Assembly (NCBI GenBank): GCA_038087875.1
Contig: CM075998.1
Span: 746,001 to 810,000, forward strand
Direction: 5' to 3'
DNA length: 64,000 nt
Source of the DNA: Malacoraja senta
Lineage: Eukaryota
Shown here: one piece after another, positions 13,831 through 24,720 of the stretch
Layout of the letters: each line of letters starts with the position of its first letter
Numbering within the stretch: position 1 is the first letter of the stretch
The notes under the pieces: model-generated
The model's input: only the letters and a program-made list of their open reading frames with translations
Databases searched by the model: none
What the model was told of the DNA's origin: nothing
Position numbers and translations under genes: made by a program

Positions 13831-15309
13831 GGAAATGGAATGTTTTACACAGTTCTAACATGGCTTCCCCCCTATTGTATTATATGCCTCGACTGATAGG
13901 AGCAAGTATTTGTGGCTTCTTAATTATCTTATCCATATATCCCAAAATCCTTCTGCTCTACTACCCTGTTCAGTTTTCTTGGCTTGTTTGCCCTTCCCAC
14001 AAGCTAATAAACAGATTAATTGCTTTAAAGGCCAAATAACTCCAAAGTGTGGACAATAAAAAAGTATCAGTCTCAAGTCACTCGGAGTTGGTTTGCGGAC
14101 AGCTCCATCTCCTGGCTGGCATGAGGGTCCTGAGGTCCATTTCATCTTCTCTGTGCTATCCGCTCACTCCTTGGACTTTTTACAACACCTGAGTGACTGG
14201 CAACCTCTTGGGAGACACCTTATGTTAGTCAACCACCTTTCTCCCTGTCCCAAACTCTTCCTATGCCATTGCCACCTCCAAGCACTTCTGATCATGCCAC
14301 ACCATAGATCCTTTCTTCCCTCATTTAGCATGCACCTAAGCCAGATCTTCAACATATTGTTAATCAGGATCTTGAAAAATCCGTGGAGATAAGCTTAATT
14401 GAGGGCCTTTCCATCCCTCTAAACCCATGCACGGATAAATCAATTACAGCCTATCTCCTCCCATTTCTTCATACCCATCAATGGAGTTCCTGAAGAGCTA
14501 TCCCTGGCAAGACCAATTGCCCAAAATTGGGTAGGGCAAAATTGGGTTAGACTGCCTCTGAACCTACTGCCGTCCCATCACAATCATTATGGAGACCAGA
14601 TATTTTGTCTACCCTACTTGTCGAGCAGCTACAAAAAGTCGGCATTCAATTAGACAACCCATCTTGGTTTTGACTAATGTTGACTAAGGGATGAATGATG
14701 GTCAGGGTGTCAGCTTCAAAGTAGCAGCTGTGGGATCATTTATATTCACCAGAGAGAGCACACAGATCTATACAACAAGAGGAAGGCCCCACCAACTCTG
14801 CAATGCTCTCCTCCTACCAAGTGTTTGGTGCTCAGAGTTTGCATTAAAATGAAGTGCCAGACAAAGCAAGTTTCAATCACAATCACTAGTAATTGTCTAT
14901 AATTGTATAGAACTAGGGATAAAGGACAATTTATTTTGATTCTCTGCCGATTACAAATGGTAACTAACAAAAAAAATCAATCAAATCCTAATTCAGGTGT
15001 CTTTATGTTTTTTTACCCATGTAACTCCATTTTCATCAATTCATATGTTTTGTGCAATTAACCCATTCTTAAATGACTGCACAAACGTTATAATGTGTAT
15101 AACGTTTGACAAGCAGAAGCAGAATTATAAAGGGTAGACTGAATTTGGAAAGTAAGATATTTTGCACAAGAACACGAAGAGGCCATTCAACCTCTCAAGC
15201 TCATTCTACAGGAGTAGGTGTGTCCACTGAACTCCTCATTTATTGCACAGGAACAAGGAGTGACTTATCCCACTGGCGCCGTCACACGAGGAACAAAATG
15301 TTATCCTCT

Positions 15310-16085
15310 TTTCCTTAATGTACTTACATTTCTTTGAATTTTCCTTCAGAGCTACCTCCTGCCCCCTTTTTGCTCTTCTTATTTCCTTCTTAAGTATGCT
15401 CCTCGGTTCCCGAAACCCCTACAGGGATACGCTTGATCCCTTATGCCTATACCTGTCCCATGTCCCCTCCTTTTTCCAGACCAGAGCCTCAATTTCTCTC
15501 ATTGTTCAAGCTTCCTTACTCCCACCTACCTGCCTTGCCCTTCACTCAAACAGGAACTTGCATGCCTTGAACTCCTGTCATCACACTTTTAAAAGCATTT
15601 CACTTTCCGGATGTTCCTTTGCCCACAAACAACCTTCTCCAATCAACGTTAGCAAATTCCTGTGTACTGGCATCAAACTTGGCCTTGCCCCAATTTAGAA
15701 TTTTAACTTGTGGGCCTGCCCTGTCTTTATCCGTAACTATTTTAAAGCTAATAGAACAGTGGCCGTTGGTGCCAAAAGGGCCAAAGACACTTCAGTCACT
15801 TGCCCCTCCCAATTTCCTATAAGTAGTTCAAGCTTTGGCCTCTCCCTTGTAGGGCCTTCTACACATTGCCTGAGGAAACTTTCCTGAACACATGTGGCAA
15901 ATTCCAGCCGTCTAAGCCCATGGCACTATGACAGTCCCAATCTACATTGGAAAGTTAAAATCCCCTAACATGACAACCTTATTCGTCTCGCAGCTCCCTG
16001 GAATCTCCTGGCATATTTGTTCTTCTAATACCTGCTGACTATTTGGGGGCCTATAGTATAGCCCCAACAAGGTGATCATCGCCTT
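15310..16085 (-). mobile_element. Old CR1 LINE fragment (others at about 19690-20100, 26870-27247, 47090-48036, 50800-51320, 54070-54780)
   Basis: Degenerate similarity to the endonuclease/linker region of the CR1 at 27-30 kb. Confidence 0.6.
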
Positions 16086-17169
16086 CTGTCATAGTTTGCA
16101 CCAAATTCAGTTCACCCATTCTCCTGTGCTTGCTGATCTATTGTAGATCTTCATTAAACACTCCAACCCTGGACATTTTCCAATCCCTCCATGGCATTAT
16201 CTCTCCCTGTGTACCCATCTCGTTTTAGTCCTTTGAGATCTGTACACTCCTCTAATTCTGACCTCATGGTTCTATGAGGCAAAATGCAACTGTGGGGCTA
16301 AGTTGCAGGGGGTGGCAGGAAACAGTTTAGCAGCCATTTTATTACAACTGCCAATCCTATAATATTAAAAGGAAATATTTACAAATCTCTGGGCAATACA
16401 GACATGATAAGCTGAAAAGCTCCTTCCTCTGCTGTTTTGAGATATGGTTCTCGGAGTATGGTGCTGGTAAAGTCCACTGCAGGTGATGAGAAATTAGAAT
16501 TTCTCTAAACCCAAGAAGCAAAATGTACAGTTTCACTTTCAGCAGTTAAATAGGATGGTCCAACTTCTCTACAATTAGACATAAGTGGAGACATTTGTTT
16601 CCAAACCTGAATTTGACTTATTCCAGATCTTCAAGAAAAGAGCCGCATGTTGTCTTAATCCACTCACACAGTGCAAATAGGTCGAACATAATAGAATAAA
16701 ATGCTTTTTTTGTTCCTCACAACAATCTTCAGAAGAGGCATGCATTTCTATAGAGCCTTCCACAGTCTTAGTAAGCTCTACATAGTTTGAAGTACAGTCA
16801 CTATTGTCACAGTCTGTGCACAACAAGTTCCCAGAAACAGAAATGAGTAGATATTGGTTCAGGGATAAATATTGCCCAGGACAGTCAGGGAAACCTTCCT
16901 ACTCTTCTCTGAAATGGTGACTGTGGGATATTTTTCATCTACAAAAGTGGGCAGAAGGTGCTTTGAGTTAAACACGCTAGCCTTAAGATGGCATGTGCTG
17001 AAGTGACAACCTAGTTTTTTCAGCTTCAGCCCCGAGACTGGAGCTTGAACCACTTGGCACAGTTGTTAAATTACTGGACAAGTAGTATTATTACATTCTC
17101 TTACTATAATAACTGATCACCTACCAGCCTGTCCATCTTTGGGATGTGGAAGGATGCCTGAGTCACTGG

Positions 17170-17621
17170 AACTCTCCTTCATGTTCGAGGGAAGTTCACG
17201 AATACTCGCGGCCTCAGCTCGGTTGCGGAAAATGTTTCAGCATGTTGAAAATATTTCCATGAGTAAAATTTGGTCGGCATGGTTCTTTTTAACTCGTAGT
17301 GCAGTGGAGTGGGGTCACTATTTAGTTACAGGCAGTCGAGGGCAGCCGTAGGCAATCTCCTTCGCTGACCAGGCATTTTGATTGGCTTATTGGAGTTTTC
17401 AGGACCAGGGAAAACCGACCGGTAGGTAAAATGCCGGCTAAACTTTATTATACTTCTGAAAAGTGTCTCCACTCCTTCTCCCCCCCTTCTCTCCCTTTCT
17501 CTCTCCTTCTCTTCCCCCCCTCCCTCACTCCGCGCTCTCTAAAGGACTTACACTGTGCAGCCGTCTTTAACCTTCCTCTTCAGACAGCGCTCCCCCGCTT
17601 TCCCTGGCCCCCGCCTTTACG

Positions 17622-17676
<55 letters not shown>

Positions 17677-17818
17677 CGGTCGGTCGATCCAGCTCGCGGT
17701 TTCAACGCGGACGGCCGATCCAGCTCGAGGTTTTCCAGGCGAGTGCCCTCGAGCTTAAAGGTCGAAGACACTCTTCTTAACTCGCGGATTCGGTCGCCGC
17801 AGTGGGACAGCCTCTTTA
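17170..17818. mobile_element. Longer non-autonomous Harbinger-like element, one TIR (related pieces at 8449-8680 and about 62990-63417)
   Basis: CpG-rich; ends in agtgggacagcctc; shares the aaaatttcaacatgttgaaaa and aaaggacttac blocks with the related pieces; carries an internal (TG)n. Confidence 0.6.
17623..17671. repeat. (TG)n microsatellite
   Basis: About 24 perfect TG units. Confidence 0.95.
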
Positions 17819-19256
17819 CCTAGTCTGGGTCTAAGTGTAACTCCAGTCGCACTGCAACGAGCTTGACTGTGCACTGGCCCAGCAAACAACTCAGTGCAAG
17901 GAACAATGTGGGGCCTAGCCAGTGAAAGCCACATCCTGTCAATTAATGCAGAAGCAAAAATATGCTAATGTCAAGACTGCTATTTGTAGTGTATGCATTT
18001 CCCCCAGCCGGGATCTACCATCAAGTTCACACTAATGATAAAGTTGACAACACCTTGCCCCGCTTCACCTCATTCTCTACAGAATCAAACATTACTATTT
18101 ACCATTGCTGAGCATGCTGTTTCCCATAAAATGAAATCTGACAAAGAAATCCCCATTCAGCTGACACTCAGGTCAAGCTTTCACCCTCGCATTTAAACTA
18201 CACCTCCAACTTTGCTGGAAATAGCAACCGCAGGAAATCTGCCCAACATGTTTACTAACGTCAATAACAGACAATAACCAAAGAGGATATCTTGTCCCAG
18301 CATCAGAATAACCACTGGTCGTCAGGTTACACAAGTTATTGAGAATGAGAGTGCAACCACACGCCGGGTAGCTGGGCATCACTGAATGTCCCAGCTCACC
18401 TGTAAACCGAGAGGCAGATGTCTCACGTCTGTGAGACGTACAGATTTTAACCAAGTAATTGCCCGTCTGTTTGGAAGTTGATCGTGTGTAGCACTGGTTT
18501 TGCACCCTGTCCAATTTCACTCTCCACAAGGGACAGAGTAGTAAAATCCGTATTTCACCTAATCCCGTGGATTTGCCCTTTGGCGATTAAGTTAAAATTG
18601 CCTCCCCCCCCCACCCCCATATGGGGCACCATTACTAAGCAGCAAATGCAACTCATAAACAGAGAACAAAATTCCAGGGGATTAGAACCATCAGCTAAAC
18701 TTCATAATGATAATTGCAGCACTGAAATCAGTTTTAATTCATTTTCTAACCGTCCATGTACATGGTGAACGATCACTCTCAAATTGAGGCATTAATAATG
18801 ATAGAATCATCGCAAAATATGTTAACTCACCAGGCAGAAACAGTCAGTATATTTGATATAATTTCACTGAACCGTGATCAAACTTTTTTTTTTTTAAATT
18901 AGGTAGTGTCTCAGCACCCGTTCAGGGGACAGGACCTGATCTGCCTCTTGAACAGCCTTCAACAAAATAAAATACAGAATTCCACCGTTTAGCCCCTCGA
19001 GCCTCTTACACCTTTCAATAAGATCACAGCCGATCCTCTACTTCATCCATTTTCTCTCTGATCCCCATATCCCCAATTACCTTTGTGTCCAAAAATCTAT
19101 CGATTTTAATTGGTATTCAGTAACTGAGCATCTGGAGCCCTCTTCTCTGGCTATTTGATCCAAGCACAATGGGGCCCAAAGTTTGGGTCAGCTTTGAAGA
19201 AAATGAAAAATCCTTGTGTTCAGGTCAGATTTACAACCAAACTAAAAACTGTCACT

Positions 19257-19332
19257 GTGTAGGAAGGAACTGCAGATGTTGGTTTACACCGAAGATACAC
19301 ACAAAATCCAGGAGTAACTCAGTGGGACAGGC
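19257..19332 (-). mobile_element. Short PLE-terminus fragment
   Basis: gtgtaggaaggaactgcagatg...; TSD aaactgtcact at 19246-19256 and 19333-19343. Confidence 0.75.
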
Positions 19333-21009
19333 AAACTGTCACTATTTAACTTCATTATAAGGTGGTGGCATATATATGTGCGTGTGTGTGTGTGTGTACA
19401 TATTGAGGTAAGGCGCTCTCTGAACTGGTATGCAAGAGCATGAAGAAACCGAGTCAGTCAGACAGGCAAGGGCAGTGCCGACAGTGAAGCCCTGTGCCAG
19501 TACAGAGACCACCCTTCCTTCTAGACCCTCCCAATCTAAACCCCTCAGCACCCAACTATACACATCTGGCTCAGATTATGTCCTCATGTGCTGGCCAAGT
19601 TCAGGTTCAGCTTGCCCGTGTTTGGGTTGGTTTCAGGTAAATGTTATACCCAAGCAAACCTCTCCTCTGTGTGGAAGAACTGTAAAGACTCCCCAGCTCT
19701 GAATGAAAGAATTTATCATTCTCATTGCCGAATGAGTGACCCCTTAATCTGAGACAATGCCCTCCTCCTTCCAGTTGCAGACTTTCCAGCCATGAGGAAA
19801 ACGGCCTGTCAATAACCATTCTGTAAAATCCCTTCCAAAATCCGGTGTCTCAATGAGATTGCTTCTCATTCTTCTGAAACCCCAATGATTGTGGCCAATT
19901 TTAGTCAGTCTCTCCTAATGCATGACCTCTTTAACCCAGGAATCAATCTTGTCAATCTACACACCAAGGCCAGTATATCCTTCCTTGCATCTGGAGACCA
20001 AAACAGCACAGTCCACCAGATATGGTCTCACTAAAGCCCTGTACTATTGCAACAAGACTTTTGGGCAATAAAGGACAAAATGCCTATTGCCTTCCATCGT
20101 TAACAGCCAGCAACTTCACCGTCAAGTGTCTCTCCTGGACACTCCAATCTTCAGCCAGCTTTTCCCCTTACATAGATACATAGATACATAGAAAATAGGT
20201 GCAGGAGTAGGCCATTCGGCCCTTCGAGCCTGCACCGCCATTCAATATGATCATGGCTTACTCCATCCCTCTACACACCTAATTCTTGACCTCCCTGTAT
20301 AAGGATCTCCCCAACCCAGGCACATCATTATCCGTTAAAGGCAATCCTGATCTTTCATTTTAGATGCTGTTTAACCTGCTGTGCATTTACAACATCCTTT
20401 GATTGCAGGCAAGCACCAAACGCATTTCTCAGAGTTCAACCTGCTTTCCATGGAATGTTAATATGTAATCTAAAAAAGATATGAACACTATGCTTTTATA
20501 AAATCGTGATCATACTGGTTTAGGAGGGGGCCATTCGGTCCTACTTCCCTCTCCTATTTTGACTGATGTGCATCTTAAATCCATATCTCCACCCCATGCT
20601 CCATATCCCTCAGTGCTACCATCCAATGAAAAAAATGTTTTTACCTTTTAATTGACTTTTTTATATGTGGGGAGGACAGTCCCAAATTTCCACCACCCTT
20701 GTGTGAAGTCCATCCTAACATCACCCCCCCCCCCCCCCCCTGACTCGTTTTAATGGTGCCTTGCCTGAAGAAACCATGGAATCCTTAAATCATTCCTGGG
20801 CGCCTTATGTAGCCCCTGAGTCTACGCACGAGGGAATAAATAACATCTTAATACAGATCTGTAACAAATAACCGTTTGCTAAATAATGCCCAAGCTTTGT
20901 TATTTCAGTCTTCTGTTAACAACTCTGAGCGTTAGATGCAGTAGCTATGCTGAGAATGATAGGAATATGTGAGCAGAATGTGGTATCTCAGCATTTCTCC
21001 TCGCTGTAC

Positions 21010-21387
21010 CTGGTCTGGTCCCTGGAAACAGATTCTGCACAGAGGGCTCCTCATTCCACTGTCGCTGCTGCTCAGGGACACGGAGTCCATGCCGGGTTGG
21101 AGCGCACCATTCCTCTCCTTGTCGTCGTATCCTCCTCCAGCCCCGGCACCGTTCGACCCGTAACAATCCTCGTCGGACCGGGACGAGCATTTGGGAAAGG
21201 GAGGCCAGCCGCATCCCAACCTGGCCAGCCGTCCTCCCCCTCCCTCTTCTTCTCCTCCTCTTCCACCTCCTCCCCTTCTCCGGCCCGTCTCCAAATCTTG
21301 CTCGCTCCTCTGCATCGCGAAAGATCTCATCAAAACCAGCACCTTCAGGTCATTGCAAACCATGCGGATGTGATACTTGAACATCAT
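21010..21387 (-). CDS. MARCHF9: MARCHF9 coding exon 1 (N-terminus through start of RING-CH)
   Basis: Translates MMFKYHIRMVCNDLKVLVL...GCGWPPF...DSVSLSSSDSGMRSPLCRICFQGPDQ, matching the MARCH9 N-terminus (human MLKSRLRMFLNELKLLVL...GCGWAPF...CRICFQGPEQ). ATG at 21387, donor CAG|GTACAG at 21010/21009, phase 0. Confidence 0.95.
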
Positions 21388-21399
21388 TTACATCTGGTG

Positions 21400-22150
21400 T
21401 TTGCACTAAGTCGTATGCAAAAAAAAACACACACAAAATGTAAAGTAGTCGATTATTGATCGCTGGATAATAAAATATATGCGGCCAAATACTAAACCGG
21501 CAGCAGATTCCGCGCTGCGTTAGGAAATAGCCGGTGCTATTGTCTCCGCACCTCCCATTGTGCACGACTGTCTAACGGAGAGAAAAAAGACATGGTACGG
21601 GGCCGCTACTCATCCGTTGCTCCGCTCGGCTCCGTGCCACCTGCGTCCTCGCTGGCACCAGGGGCCACCCTCTGCTAATCTCTTGCCACATTCTCCAACC
21701 CGCGCACATCTGCGCCGACCTCAAAGCCCGGACGTGTGCGCGTTTGTAACCAAGCCCTGCCTTTTATCTCCTTGCCACTACCCCCCCCCCCCCTCCCCCC
21801 TCCCCCCTCCCTCCTCCCTCCTTCCTCCTCCTCCTCCTCCTTTCTTTCAAACCCACCTCCCAAATAAATCACCACCCCAAGTCCGAGCGCCTCTTCCCGG
21901 ACATCTCAATCAACAATGCCACCCCCGAGCTCCACGCCTCTGCTTCCGGTACTAACATATACATACATATATATATATAAACATGTATTATTTCTTTTCC
22001 CCTCCATTGATACCCCCCACCTTTCGAAATTGACATGCGTGTTGACGTCGTCCACGTGTGAATTTCCCGCGCGATCTCAAGAAGTCCCGTGTCAGTTTCA
22101 CCCGGGTTTTCAGGGTTGGACCGCACTAGCAATACCCGCATCCCATGGGT
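21400..22150 (-). promoter_or_regulatory. MARCHF9: MARCHF9 CpG-rich 5' UTR/promoter
   Basis: High CpG density; C-rich polypyrimidine tract 21781-21848; TGACGTCG at 22043, CACGTG at 22053, TTTCCCGC at 22063. Confidence 0.6.
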
Positions 22151-23719
22151 GACATTTGGATTTAGTAACAATAGACAATAGACCCACCGATTCATCCGTT
22201 AATTGCTATTAGCTCATGTTCTCAGGTTCGCAACTGACTGCGATCGTGGGTTTTGGCAAAACAAAGCAGTATACCAATAATAACAACAGAAAATGCTGGA
22301 AACACTCAGCAGGTCAGGCAGCACCCGTGGAGAGAGAAGCAGAGTCGTTCCAAGTCGGAGACCCCTCGTCGCTGGAACTGGGGAAGAGAAAACAAATATG
22401 AAAACTAAATTGGTTTCTCTCCCAGTCCTGAGGATGGGTTTTCAACCAGAAACGTTCACTCTCTCTTCGCAGATGCTGCCTGACCTGCTGAGTGTTTTCA
22501 ACATTTATCCGTTTTATTTCAGAGCATCTGTGGGATTTAAATTCTAAGATACCAGAAAGGTCTGCTCTCAGCTCAAGGGTGTGGGCACCTGTCCAGATGT
22601 CTTTTTGATTTATTGTCTTTTTTGGTTCCAACTCTGTTAAGCACTTCTGAACTTTTTACCAAAGTGATATGGTGCAATCATTATATTTACCACCTACCCC
22701 GAAAACCAATGCAGATTTAAAAAAAAAGCTTTACCCCCAGTTCCTTCGGGCTTCCACCTGCTGGAATAAATTAAAACAGGTTTGGAAAGGAGAGCAATGG
22801 AGAAAATTACTAAAAATGCTAATGCTTTTCAAACTGATTAAAAACATACATGCATCTACCTCATATCTCACCACTCCCTCTTATTAGGAAGGAACAGTTG
22901 GATGAAGATTTACAGGTTGTGGCCAGTGAACCATATTGCAATGCCAAAACTGTTTCTCTTTCTCTCCTTCACCCAATAAGATAATGGAGAATATGAGTAT
23001 CAAAAATACTGCAGATGCTGGAACTTTGAAATAATAACTAAAAGTGCTGGAAACACAGCAAAACAGCCAGCATCTGTGGAAGGGGTAAGAGAGTTGAAGA
23101 TTCAGGTCAAAGCCCCTTCAGAATGGTTATGCCGTATTAAATAAAATAGCCTTCCCTGTCTTCTCCCTTTTCTGGAGAAAAATAAGTTAAGAGGTGACCT
23201 AATAGAGGTTTTTAAAACAACGAAAGGTTTTAAGAGTAGAAACAAAGATAACTTTTCCACTTGTGGAAACTATTCAAAAGGTGTTGAGAATGTGGAACTT
23301 GCTCCCACAGAGTGGTTTAAGTGAATTTACAGGGCCAGCACATGAGGGGGAAGGGACTAGAGGGTCACACAGACAAATTCAATGGTGAATGACACCAGGA
23401 TGCTTTAGTGCAGCATACAAGTCAGGATGCCACTGGTTGGACCAAATGGCCTGTTTTGATATCTCTCTAAGTCTATGTAAATGGTGTAGCTTCTACCAGC
23501 AGAGACTCTTTGGAACATTTTGTCTGAAACATTTTTTATAATGTGTATACAGAGAGTAGTTGGTCACATAGTACAATTCTTAAATTGGTACAATCAATAT
23601 TACATTTGACATTTATATTATTTCCCTCCTATAATAGTGGAAAACAAAACAAACATCCAAAATAACTGCTCCAGTTTTTGTGCTTGTCAATTTAGCATAA
23701 AACGAGGGATGGTGTACCC

Positions 23720-24720
23720 TCCTAAAACTCTAACACAGGACACCCTCCTCTGTCATGATCAGACCATGGTGAGTTACCACTAACTTCAACAATGCCAGGC
23801 GTTTATCTAACATGGTTTCATCCTCACTACCTTCAGCATTAGCTGTGGCAGAGCTTCCAGTTGTCTTCCTGCACCTTCATACACTTCTGGTCTCACTTGG
23901 CCATGAATAATATCTGCATATTCATCTGTGAGTTGCGCAGCTGAAGTAATTGCTTGTGTTGAAGCAGTCTTCATGATCCTGTCATTGTGTACCTTTATCA
24001 GTGCCATCTGCTGTGCTGTAATGCTTCCAAGTACAAGCTGTGATGTCTTTATAGTCCATTGTAATGAAATCCATATACTGTAATACTGCAGCGTTCTCAG
24101 TTCTTGATCTAGCTGAAGTTCCTTCCACAAAATTGACCTTGTTTGGCACCAGGTACATTGTTTTCATCTGGCACTCTGAATCTGGCCCTGTCCTCACACA
24201 GTTCATCTTGCCCTTTCCGTTGACTTTTGATGACGTCTACATCTTTCACCATCTGTAGAAATGGTTTTCCAATCCATATAGTGCACACCTTTCCCATGAT
24301 TCAGGCCATTTCTTTCTCAGCCACTCATGTTGCTATACACAAACTTGCAACATCCAACCCATATTTTGTTCTGCCTTTTGACACATTGCCCATACTTCCT
24401 TCTGTCAGTCTCCCAACATTTCTAGCCTTGTTTTCGATAGTTCTGCAGCTTTGTCAGTCTGCAAGTAGCTTTCTAGAGTTATCTCCGTGTGTGTAGTGGG
24501 GATTCCCTTGGGCTGCACTCCTGGGTTGCACAAATAATCCCATCTCCTTCAAATCTGCAAAACCTCTATTATATGCTAACAGTTTTACCTCATTTGAGAA
24601 AGTGGCAAAGGATTCTCGCTTCTCCTGTTTGTGTATGAAGAACCAGTAATGATCCTCTTCTTCATTTCTAGACAGATTGCAATTTTCTTGTAATGCATCG
24701 AATGCATTCTCCATGGTCTC
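23720..24720 (-). mobile_element. Degenerate Gypsy/Ty3 LTR-retrotransposon gag-protease relic
   Basis: Broken frames with RNEEEDHYWFFIHKQEKRESFATFSNEVKLLAYNRGFADLKEM (gag-like), GKVCTI (zinc-knuckle-like) and LGSITAQQMALIKV...DEYADI (after the protease). Confidence 0.55.

Larger units (their letters stand above)
12085..15305 (+). repeat. Local direct duplication: copy A about 12085-13205, copy B about 14225-15305
   Basis: Shared blocks gtcaaccacc...cccaaactcttcct; gtgtttggtgct(g/c)agag; gacaagcagaagcaga(g/a)ttataaagggtagactgaat; tcccactggcgccgtcaca. Confidence 0.85.

Noticed and set aside
675..21387. MARCHF4 or MARCHF11 instead of MARCHF9
   Set aside because: The N-terminus and the [12 protein letters not shown] / [11 protein letters not shown] residues match MARCH9, as does linkage to CDK4.
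23720..24720. Domesticated gag-derived gene
   Set aside because: Multiple frameshifts and stops; no intact ORF and no recognisable LTR pair.
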